A program made the translations under genes and the position numbers. From a virus (taxonomy: Duplodnaviria > Caudoviricetes), in the IMG/VR virus record IMGVR_UViG_3300023214_000296, positions 1 through 36,743 of that record: 36,743 nt of DNA. One strand, given 5' to 3'. Of the stretch, positions 1-7,187 are shown one piece after another. The notes beneath the pieces were generated by a model, which searched no databases, was not told where the DNA came from, and was given only the letters and a program-made list of their open reading frames with translations. Each line of letters begins with the position of its first letter. Position 1 is the stretch's first letter.

Positions 1-38
1 AACTCTGCCTTGCTACGGCTTCTCTTCTTGCGCGCCAT
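1..38 (-). CDS. 5' part of small basic hypothetical protein (MARKKRSRSKAE...), runs off window
   Basis: ATG at 38-36 with AAAGGA SD just upstream; follows copy 1 of the intergenic repeat like the other leftward ORFs. Confidence 0.6.
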   Translation of the reverse strand, partial: MARKKRSRSKAE

Positions 39-73
39 GGCGTCCTTTCGTGCCACCTTAGGTGGCGGGTTGA

Positions 74-125
74 GTGAAACGAATAAACTTGTTAGGGTCG
101 GGGCGGTATAGTCCGCCCGTTCCCT
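74..125 (-). repeat. Intergenic hairpin repeat, copy 1 (diverged)
   Basis: + strand GTGAAACG..AACTTGTTAGGGTCG GGGCGG-TATAGT-CCGCCC GTTCCCT; flank shared with copy 2, stem sequence differs but still pairs. Confidence 0.85.
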
Positions 126-629
126 CTACGCTTGCCCTCGCGCGGCGAGGGCCCGACGAGACTCAATGTAAGCCTCGCCTACGTCCGCCTTATTGGCAAA
201 CGTCGCCAGGGTAAGCTCCCTGGCAATCTCTCGCCCCTTGGCAGGCACCCCTAGGTCTAAAGACCGATTGCGGTCCCCCGTGGGCACCTCGCCTAGGTGC
301 TTCCTAATAGTGCGCGGAACTGTATAGCGCTCCGCGTACAGGTCTCGTTCCGGGGAGTAGGTGCGCGTGCTCCATTCCCCGTGAACTGTAGCGCCCACCA
401 CGGTATAGCCCCGTGAGGCTAGCGCCGCTGCTGCAATCTGAGTGTTTGTGTTGTCGTCAACAAACACAACTCCCGTTTGGGAGTATCGCCCACAAGGCTT
501 CCATACCTTACGGGTAGACCGCTCGGGGTCCCTTGAGAGGAGGAAGATTTCCCCCTCTGCAAAGCGCATGGTACACCACCATTGGTAGGTACCCGCCCCG
601 CATGTTCGAGAGAACGTGAATTGTCTCAT
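126..629 (-). CDS. Hypothetical phage protein, 167 aa
   Basis: ORF with GGAGG SD; bounded by repeat copies 1 and 2. Confidence 0.8.
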   Translation of the reverse strand: MRQFTFSRTCGAGTYQWWCTMRFAEGEIFLLSRDPERSTRKVWKPCGRYSQTGVVFVDDNTNTQIAAAALASRGYTVVGATVHGEWSTRTYSPERDLYAERYTVPRTIRKHLGEVPTGDRNRSLDLGVPAKGREIARELTLATFANKADVGEAYIESRRALAARGQA

Positions 630-650
630 AACAAACCTCCAGTGTTTGTG

Positions 651-702
651 GTGAAACGTAACTTGTTAGGGTCGGGGCGCTAGCGTGCGCCCCTCCCCAT
701 TT
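651..702 (-). repeat. Intergenic hairpin repeat, copy 2
   Basis: GTGAAACGTAACTTGTTAGGGTC GGGGCGC-TAGCGT-GCGCCCC TCCCCATTT; 666-702 identical to 1012-1048. Confidence 0.9.
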
Positions 703-777
703 TTAGGACCACCGCCCCTCTACTGCGACCCAACTGGGTTGCAGCTATCCTCCGACGACTGGCGCGCCCCGGGCACC

Positions 778-990
778 CTAGTCGTGGACCACCACGGACA
801 GGACCGCCTCGGCGTCCGGCTCGCGCCGGAACATGCCGTTACCCTCGTACACCCATGCCGCACCGTGCCACGTTTCCAGGAGACACGAAGCCTGGCGCCT
901 GGGGGTGCATTCGTCGAACGAGCACCCAAGGTTGTACGTCCTCCCCAGCCCGTTTCCGCTCTCGTACACCGTGAGCATGTAACAGCGCAT
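778..990 (-). CDS. Hypothetical phage protein, 70 aa
   Basis: ATG preceded by AGGAGG SD; directly downstream of repeat copy 3. Confidence 0.7.
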   Translation of the reverse strand: MRCYMLTVYESGNGLGRTYNLGCSFDECTPRRQASCLLETWHGAAWVYEGNGMFRREPDAEAVLSVVVHD

Positions 991-1011
991 AACTACCTCC
1001 TATGTAGTTCA

Positions 1012-1048
1012 TTAGGGTCGGGGCGCTAGCGTGCGCCCCTCCCCATTT
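1012..1048 (-). repeat. Intergenic hairpin repeat, copy 3
   Basis: 37-bp exact match to 666-702. Confidence 0.9.
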
Positions 1049-1148
1049 AGTCAGCGACCCCCCAGAAGCCGCATTCGTCGCACGCCACGTAGAGGAGGCA
1101 ATCTTCCTCCTCGACCCACCCGTCCGCTCCGCATTCCGGGCAGGTCAT
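1047..1148 (-). CDS. 33-aa zinc-ribbon microprotein (not in ORF track)
   Basis: Hand translation MTCPECGADGWVEEEDCLLYVACDECGFWGVAD*; CxxC..CxxC; ATGA overlap with upstream ORF; stop abuts repeat copy 3. Confidence 0.7.
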   Translation of the reverse strand: MTCPECGADGWVEEEDCLLYVACDECGFWGVAD

Positions 1149-1447
1149 ACCTCGACCCACTCGTCCGCTCCCTCGCCGTGGAGGCGAGGATACCAAAGGT
1201 CTGGGTTCTCACCCAGACCCAGGGGCTCGCGCCGCTCCAGCACCGGGGGCGCCTTGCTGGCACGCTCTAGCGCCCGCCACGCCAGGCGGACCCAGCGCCA
1301 GGACTGCTCCCCGCGCTCCTCGGCGTCCCGAGCCCAGCGCAGCGCCAGACGGGCCCCAGCGCTGGCAGACGGAGCCAGGTGGTAGTTTGACTCCAAAGCC
1401 CGGAGGCGCCGCGCCGTACGGTTGATTAGCGACTCGTTCTCACTCAT
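1145..1447 (-). CDS. Hypothetical Arg/Ala-rich protein, 100 aa
   Basis: Start moved to ATG 1447, preceded by CACAAACACTGGAGGT, the same 16-mer found before the 629 start. Confidence 0.75.
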   Translation of the reverse strand: MSENESLINRTARRLRALESNYHLAPSASAGARLALRWARDAEERGEQSWRWVRLAWRALERASKAPPVLERREPLGLGENPDLWYPRLHGEGADEWVEV

Positions 1448-1526
1448 GAGACCTCCAGTGTTTGTGAGTGATTGTAAAGTACTTATCTCCATAGGACGAC
1501 TAGGTTTAGCTCCCTGCTATGGTGCA

Positions 1527-1552
1527 AAGTTACCACCCTAGCCGCCCGTCAA
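1527..1552 (-). promoter_or_regulatory. Possible housekeeping-sigma promoter for leftward ORFs
   Basis: TTGACG-14nt-TAACTT with TGn extended -10; spacer is shorter than canonical. Confidence 0.35.
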
Positions 1553-1619
1553 ACCTCACGTCCGCCTTACAGCCCCTATGCAGCCCCTACGGTCCTCCAT
1601 ACCGTATCCTCCCGTCCTT

Positions 1620-1931
1620 ACGTCCCAGCGCAGACTACGGGCGGGGCTGGGTTCCCCCTCGCGGGTAGGCTCCTCAGCGCACGTGAGACGAATTGTCAAG
1701 GACCCAATTTAGGCATGTTCCGTGGCGCTCAGGCCGGATTGCCCTTCAGGGTGAGCCCGCCTACCCGCGCCCCGGCTGGCACAGTCTGTCCGTCAGTGAG
1801 ACAACCCAATCCCCGCCCTTCGTTGGGGCCATGAGCCTACTCTCACTCGCTAGAACAGCGAGCCGCTGGGGCCGCGCTTGGGGCCCGGCGCCGCGCTAGG
1901 GGGTTGTCTCTCCCCCGCCCGCTGGCGCCAC
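1620..1931 (-). ncRNA. Candidate ~310-nt structured RNA with closing stem, two domains and a pseudoknot
   Basis: Pairings 1925-1920/1630-1625, 1919-1913/1646-1640, 1910-1901/1807-1798 (10 bp), 1769-1759/1670-1660 (11 bp), pseudoknot 1788-1780/1639-1631; begins at predicted sigma54 TSS. Confidence 0.6.
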
Positions 1932-1940
1932 CCTACCTAT

Positions 1941-1957
1941 AGCAAGGCCGGTGCCAA
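1941..1957 (-). promoter_or_regulatory. Sigma54 (RpoN) -24/-12 promoter
   Basis: Minus strand TTGGCAC-CGGCC-TTGCT matches TGGCAC-N5-TTGCW; intergenic; predicted +1 about 1930. Confidence 0.7.
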
Positions 1958-2266
1958 GCCATAAGTCTAGTAGTGGTGGTCATGACGCGCTGCGCATGGC
2001 GCCGGCTGGCGCCGTTGGGCGGGTCACAATCGCTCACCCCCCCGCCCCGGGACCCCGCCCCCTGGGGTTATTGAAGTTATGAGCGCTCGTAAGTCCTTAC
2101 GCCACGTGGGGGCCCCAACACACCATCTCAACCCCTCCCATTAACGTTCTACCTCAACCCCCATTACAGCCCCCCTTGAGTTAATTTCGTTTTACCGCAA
2201 CTTTCCCGCCTAGTCCCCCCCATCTCGTATCATTTTAATCCCATTTAATTCCCTTGGTTTATGAAC

Positions 2267-2294
2267 TTTACAGATATCTCCCAACTGATATAAT
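2267..2294 (+). promoter_or_regulatory. Sigma70-type promoter for rightward transcription
   Basis: TTTACA-16nt-TATAAT with TGn extension. Confidence 0.65.
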
Positions 2295-2305
2295 TGAAGG
2301 CCCCC

Positions 2306-2647
2306 ATGAAGTTATCCTCACCCACGCTCAAGGCCGCAAAAGACTTGATAAAAACCGCTCAGGCGCATTCTCTCCCGCTTGATGGCGTCCTCTGTCGCCC
2401 ATCGGATGACTTTTTATTATTTGCACTCTCAGATTCTCTAGATTGGGTATTCATCTACTGTACGCCCCTGGGTCATCTTGTCCACTGGAAGGAAGCCAAT
2501 GATGATACCTATGAGGACTCCTATACAATCGTGCGCTCGCTTAAAGTCTTTCTTAAACACCTTGCTTCGCGCGGATTTGAAGATATTGGGGGTGATATAA
2601 AGCACCTTCGTGGGCTATTTGGGATGGGTGGGATAGAGCCCCTATAG
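2306..2647 (+). CDS. Hypothetical protein, ~113 aa
   Basis: ORF; ATG 2306 preferred because the track's TTG start overlaps the -10 box. Confidence 0.65.
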   Translation: MKLSSPTLKAAKDLIKTAQAHSLPLDGVLCRPSDDFLLFALSDSLDWVFIYCTPLGHLVHWKEANDDTYEDSYTIVRSLKVFLKHLASRGFEDIGGDIKHLRGLFGMGGIEPL

Positions 2648-2699
2648 CGGCGACCCTGCCCCAATAGCACCAAAATTTCCCTATTTAGAAAGGACACAT

Positions 2700-5492
2700 A
2701 TGTATTCCTATGATGATGTAATTGCGGCTACAATTGATTATTTTAATGGAGATACGCTAGCCGCTGGTGTTTGGGTTGATAAGTATGCACTAAAAGATTC
2801 ATCTGGGAACTTTTATGAATTAGCGCCGACAGATATGCATGAGCGACTCACAAAGGAGTTTGCACGTATCGAGGCTCGCTATCCACACCCACGTGGGCGT
2901 GAGGCAATTTTTGAGGCGCTTAAAAATTTCCAAAGAATAGTGCCGCAAGGTTCGCCCATGGCAGCCGTTGGAAATTATCTGAGGGCTCTGAGTGCTTCGA
3001 ACTGCGTCGTAGTTGAATCTCCACACGATTCAATAGGTGGGATTTTTCGCACAGCCACACAATTGGCCCAACTATATAAGCGCAGGGCTGGTGTCGGCGT
3101 AGATGTTTCAACCCTACGCCCAAATGGCTTTGAGGTTCAGAATGCAGCGCGCACAACAACCGGACCAGTTAGTTTTTGTGACCTATATAGCTATGTGACC
3201 AGGCTAATAGGGCAGGATGGGCGGCGCGGCGCATTAATGCTCACAATGGACGTGCACCACCCCGATATCGAAGAGTTTGCCACAATGAAAGCAGACCTAA
3301 AAAAAGTTACGGGGGCAAATGTATCAGTCCGCCTATCAGACGAATTCCTTGAGGCCGTCGAGGCCGATGAGGAATATGAGCAGCGTTGGCCCTGTGAGGG
3401 CGCTGCGAGATTTAAGCGCAAAGTTTCCGCAAAAAAGGTCTGGGATACTATCGTTGAATATGCAACAAAAACCGCGGAACCTGGCTTGATTTTTTGGGAC
3501 CGCATGACATCACGACTTCCTGCTCATTCCTATCCAGAATTCCGCTCTACTAGTACAAATCCGTGTCAGCCAGGCTGGGCAACCGTATTGACGCCAGATG
3601 GAATTAGAATGCTTTCCCAAGTGGATACTGGCGATGTTATTTGGTCGGGGAAAGATTGGACTAAGATAATTTCGAAATGGTATACCGGCCGTAAAGAAAT
3701 TTTTCAATACAAAACTGCTTCTGGGGTATTTATTGGAACAAATACACACAGGGTGTTGCAAAATGGCAAAAAAATTCAAGCTAAGGATGCAACCCATATC
3801 GATACAAACACTGGATGGGTAGAAAAAATAGTAAGCGTAGAGTCATTAGGCGAAGAGGATGTCTTTGACATTATGGTGGACCACCCAGACCACACATATT
3901 GGACTGGTGGCCTTCTTGTCTCAAACTGTTCTGAGATTTGTTTGAGTCCAAATGATTCATGTAGACTACTATCAATTAATCTTACTGGCTATGTGCTTAA
4001 TCCATTCACAAGCGCCGCCACATTTGATATGGAGGGATTTCTGCACGATGTAGCACTTGGTGTGCGTCTCGCAGACGACCTTGTTGATATTGAAATTGAA
4101 CTCATCGACAGGATTCTAGAAAAGGTTGAGGACCCACTAGAGCGCGAACTATGGGGTAAGTTGCAAGCCGCAGGGCGCAACGGTCGTCGTGTTGGTCTAG
4201 GAACTCACGGACTTGGCGATATGCTGGCGCAGCTAAATATCAAATACGACAGCCAAGAGGCTCTCGATTTTTGTGACAGACTATATGAGTTACTAAGAAA
4301 TGAAGCCTACAGGACGTCAATAGTACTTGCAAAGGAACGCGGCCCATTTCCAGCTTTCAATTGGGCAACCGAGTGTGAAAACGAATATATCCTCGACCTT
4401 CCAGACGACATTAGGGATGGCCTAAAAAAGTATGGGCGCCGCAATATTGCTTTGCTAACCCAAGCCCCAACTGGCTCCATTAGTCTATTATCCAAGGGCG
4501 GGCGCAGTTTCGCGCGTCATAACATTTCAAGCGGCGTTGAGCCGCTATATAAACTTTCCTATTTGCGTTGGAGGAAAGGTAATCCCGGTGACCATGGGTT
4601 TAGGGTCGATAGAGTTGATGACTTGGGTGATTCATGGATGAAGTATAAGGTTTACCACAACAACATTCTTAACTGGGCTCAAATAACTGGTGGCGACCCA
4701 AATAGTCCACCTGATGTGTTTGTTGAGTCTGGAGATATTAACTGGCAATTTAGAGTAGAATTACAAGGCGTTGAACAAAAATATATTGACCACTCAATTT
4801 CTAGCACGATTAATTTGCCAAAAGACACAAGTCCAGAAACCGTAGGTGGAATTTATATGCATGCATGGAAGAGCGGCCTCAAGGGCGTAACCGTGTATGT
4901 TGACGGCTCTAGGGATGGTGTTCTAACGACAGAACAAAGCGATTCTGGCCGCCCTGGGGTAATCACACGAATAATGGCACCACAGCGCCCTAGGGCACTA
5001 CCTTGTGATATCCACAGGAGTAGTGTCAAGGGTCGCAAGTGGATTAGTCTTGTTGGTCTATTAAACGGAGAACCATATGAGATGTTTGGCGGCCATTCTT
5101 CATCCCTCAATCTTCCTATGAAGCATAAAACCGGAATGATTGTTAGGCGCTCGAAGGGCAAGTACGCTTTAGTATTGTCAGATGGCTCTGCGATTGAAGA
5201 CCTTGCTGGCCATTTCTGTTACGCAGCAGACGGAGACCAAATAGGGTGGATTACGAGATTGGTTTCTACATCTCTTCGACATGGCACGCCTATTGAATTT
5301 TTGGTTGAGCAGCTAAATAAAGAAGGGAACGTGACGGCGCTAAATAAAGTTCTTGCGAGAGTTTTAAAGAAATACCTCAAAGAGGGACAAAAAGTCTTGA
5401 CAAAAAAATCCTGTATTAAGTGCAACTCTACAAATTTCACCTATCAGGAAGGATGTCCACGCTGTAACGATTGTGGGTGGACTAAGTGTTGA
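2700..5492 (+). CDS. nrdJ: Class II (AdoCbl-dependent) ribonucleotide reductase, intein-containing
   Basis: SNC, GRRGALM, TGANVSV, EPG, TNPC..CSE, APTGS, SISSTINLP, GLKGVTVY motifs; C-terminal TSCPD-like region and Cys zinc ribbon. Confidence 0.93.
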   Translation: MYSYDDVIAATIDYFNGDTLAAGVWVDKYALKDSSGNFYELAPTDMHERLTKEFARIEARYPHPRGREAIFEALKNFQRIVPQGSPMAAVGNYLRALSASNCVVVESPHDSIGGIFRTATQLAQLYKRRAGVGVDVSTLRPNGFEVQNAARTTTGPVSFCDLYSYVTRLIGQDGRRGALMLTMDVHHPDIEEFATMKADLKKVTGANVSVRLSDEFLEAVEADEEYEQRWPCEGAARFKRKVSAKKVWDTIVEYATKTAEPGLIFWDRMTSRLPAHSYPEFRSTSTNPCQPGWATVLTPDGIRMLSQVDTGDVIWSGKDWTKIISKWYTGRKEIFQYKTASGVFIGTNTHRVLQNGKKIQAKDATHIDTNTGWVEKIVSVESLGEEDVFDIMVDHPDHTYWTGGLLVSNCSEICLSPNDSCRLLSINLTGYVLNPFTSAATFDMEGFLHDVALGVRLADDLVDIEIELIDRILEKVEDPLERELWGKLQAAGRNGRRVGLGTHGLGDMLAQLNIKYDSQEALDFCDRLYELLRNEAYRTSIVLAKERGPFPAFNWATECENEYILDLPDDIRDGLKKYGRRNIALLTQAPTGSISLLSKGGRSFARHNISSGVEPLYKLSYLRWRKGNPGDHGFRVDRVDDLGDSWMKYKVYHNNILNWAQITGGDPNSPPDVFVESGDINWQFRVELQGVEQKYIDHSISSTINLPKDTSPETVGGIYMHAWKSGLKGVTVYVDGSRDGVLTTEQSDSGRPGVITRIMAPQRPRALPCDIHRSSVKGRKWISLVGLLNGEPYEMFGGHSSSLNLPMKHKTGMIVRRSKGKYALVLSDGSAIEDLAGHFCYAADGDQIGWITRLVSTSLRHGTPIEFLVEQLNKEGNVTALNKVLARVLKKYLKEGQKVLTKKSCIKCNSTNFTYQEGCPRCNDCGWTKC
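3564..3926 (+). mobile_element. 121-aa mini-intein in NrdJ active-site loop
   Basis: CQPGWATVLTPDG start, TxxH block B (GTNTH), VFDIMV block F, ends ..LVSN before Cys+1 of NP-CSE; no endonuclease domain. Confidence 0.88.
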
Positions 5493-5517
5493 CACAGGGC
5501 TTGCGCCCTGTTACTCT
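5489..5517 (+). promoter_or_regulatory. Sigma70 promoter with inverted repeat in spacer
   Basis: TTGACA-17nt-TACTCT overlapping nrdJ stop; ACAGGGC-TTGC-GCCCTGT at 5494-5511. Confidence 0.6.
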
Positions 5518-5541
5518 AGGTTTATGGAGATTTGTGTATAA

Positions 5542-5736
5542 ATGATAGAAGTATTTATTTGCGATGTGTGTAATTGCGTGCTTCGCGGCCCAACCGCCGC
5601 TAAGAATTTGCAATGTGGTAGAAACACGGGAAAATTTAGTATCAGGGACGGCGACGTGATTCCAATCAAATGTGGTGGAAATTTACGAATTGCAAGTCCC
5701 AAAGAGGTAGAGGCTTATGTCGGAACAAGAGAATAA
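5542..5736 (+). CDS. Small Cys-rich (possible Zn-binding) protein, 64 aa
   Basis: ORF with CDVC and further Cys; GGAG upstream. Confidence 0.55.
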   Translation: MIEVFICDVCNCVLRGPTAAKNLQCGRNTGKFSIRDGDVIPIKCGGNLRIASPKEVEAYVGTRE

Positions 5737-5893
5737 AAAGATTAGTGTGAATGAGACCATCGTCGTTAAAAAATCTCCAGGATGTCGTGAGGTTGCCCAT
5801 AAGGCAAACGCCTCCTTGTCGGAAGAGGAGTTGATTAAAAAGCATACGGTTGGAGAACTGGACAAAGAGGCAGATGAGCGAGAAAAAGAATAA
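5717..5893 (+). CDS. 58-aa hypothetical protein (not in ORF track)
   Basis: Hand translation MSEQENKKISVNET...DEREKE*; GAGG SD; fills gap and overlaps both neighbours. Confidence 0.6.
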   Translation: MSEQENKKISVNETIVVKKSPGCREVAHKANASLSEEELIKKHTVGELDKEADEREKE

Positions 5894-6485
5894 TCTAACA
5901 TATTCGGATATTGAGGATATAGTCGAGGAGCTTGTTAGGGTTAAGTGTGGAAATTACACATTTGACGTGTATGATAAACACGATATAGCGCAAGAAATAC
6001 GTATTTTGTGCTTAAAGGCCCTAAAGAAGTTTGAGCCCAAAATGCAGCCTCGCGAAAAGTGGATTAATTTTTTTGGTCGTTGCGTTGACAACGGCCTTAT
6101 GAATTTAAAGCGTGATAAATATGTGCGTCCGACTTTTTCGCATAAAAAAGAATATGAAAATTTAGACGAAAAGGACGATGGTGAAGAGGCTCGAAAGCTA
6201 CGTGAAAAACACCAACAACATCAGGCAAAAATCAAAACAAAATTAGCTATTCGTCACGCAATGCCAATAGATGGATTTGGTGATATTATTCAAAACAGAC
6301 GAATGAAGGACGAAATGGCGTATAAAGACTTGGAGCTTCATTTATTAGAGCAGGCGAGACCAGATATAATTGATGCTTTACGTCACATGTTAAATGGAGA
6401 AGTCCACCTAGTAAAACCTAGAGACAAAAAAAAGGTGAGAGCGTTTGTAGATAAGGTGCTCTCAAAACACGAAGACTATTGCTAG
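5874..6485 (+). CDS. RNA polymerase sigma-factor-like protein (region 2)
   Basis: DIAQEIRILCLKALKKFEP...FFGRCVDNGLMNLKRD resembles sigma70/ECF region 2; no clear region 4 HTH; start moved to ATG 5874. Confidence 0.6.
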   Translation: MSEKKNNLTYSDIEDIVEELVRVKCGNYTFDVYDKHDIAQEIRILCLKALKKFEPKMQPREKWINFFGRCVDNGLMNLKRDKYVRPTFSHKKEYENLDEKDDGEEARKLREKHQQHQAKIKTKLAIRHAMPIDGFGDIIQNRRMKDEMAYKDLELHLLEQARPDIIDALRHMLNGEVHLVKPRDKKKVRAFVDKVLSKHEDYC

Positions 6486-6548
6486 CTTGTGCTGCGCATA
6501 ATCCAAGTGTGGTTTTAGTCATAAAATAAATATTGACAGGAGATAAAA

Positions 6549-7142
6549 ATGGCAAGCACACTAAGATTTTATGCTGGTGATGGTTCACCAGAGATTAACG
6601 TTGCCGCATCTGGCGGCTTTAATACTGTTGGGTTTTATGGTGCTGGATTTGGCCTATCAATTCGCGTTGGCGAATATAACGAGGCAACCTATAGAACTAT
6701 TGAGGCTGGTACTAGTGACGGTGGAGCACTTCCAAATCTTCAGTTCGCAAATACATCTGGTGCCTTTGTGGCTAGTGAAATTGGCGCAACGGAGCTTCTA
6801 GAGGTAGATAATGATGAATCTACTCTACGCGTGACTCTCACTACTGATAGTGCAGTTGGAACGCAAAATACTAAGTTTAGAGCATACGACAAGAGTGATA
6901 TTGACGCAAACCCAAGTGGTGTTACGGTATATGCCGCTGAGATTCGCAAGGACAACACTTTAACTAGAGGCTCTGGCGACACAAACTGGACATCTATTGC
7001 TGGAAGTGGTAGCGTATTGTCTCTCGATAATCAGGCTGACCCGGATACAACACACAACTGGTGGATTGGCTTAACAGCATCGCCTAATAGTATTGGTGAG
7101 AAAACAAACTTTGCGTTTTATTTCGAATGTGAGTTCCTCTAG
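6549..7142 (+). CDS. Putative virion structural protein
   Basis: 197 aa, G/S/T-rich acidic beta-type composition; strong AGGAG SD. Confidence 0.55.
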   Translation: MASTLRFYAGDGSPEINVAASGGFNTVGFYGAGFGLSIRVGEYNEATYRTIEAGTSDGGALPNLQFANTSGAFVASEIGATELLEVDNDESTLRVTLTTDSAVGTQNTKFRAYDKSDIDANPSGVTVYAAEIRKDNTLTRGSGDTNWTSIAGSGSVLSLDNQADPDTTHNWWIGLTASPNSIGEKTNFAFYFECEFL

Positions 7143-7187
7143 GGTTTCCGTTTCGTTTGGTCGACCCCTTTGATGTATAGGGTAAAT

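Noticed and set aside
60-90. Hammerhead ribozyme suggested by GTGAAAC
   Set aside because: No CUGANGA core at a compatible position.
74-1048. Repeats as a CRISPR array or integron attC sites
   Set aside because: Spacers are 300-550 bp and contain ORFs, and no cas genes are seen. GTTAGGG resembles an attC core, but there is no complementary RYYYAAC and no integrase in the window.
685-1270. Plus-strand ORFs 685-1029 and 1031-1270 with identical starts
   Set aside because: The shared MRPSPF start comes from the repeat. They lack SDs and lie antisense to SD-supported ORFs.
1525-1553. Bacteroidota-type promoter TTTG..TAACTTTG
   Set aside because: Single occurrence, and strong GGAGG SD usage throughout argues against a Bacteroidota host.
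1693-1899. 68-aa plus-strand ORF
   Set aside because: TTG start, no SD, and it lies inside the structured non-coding region.
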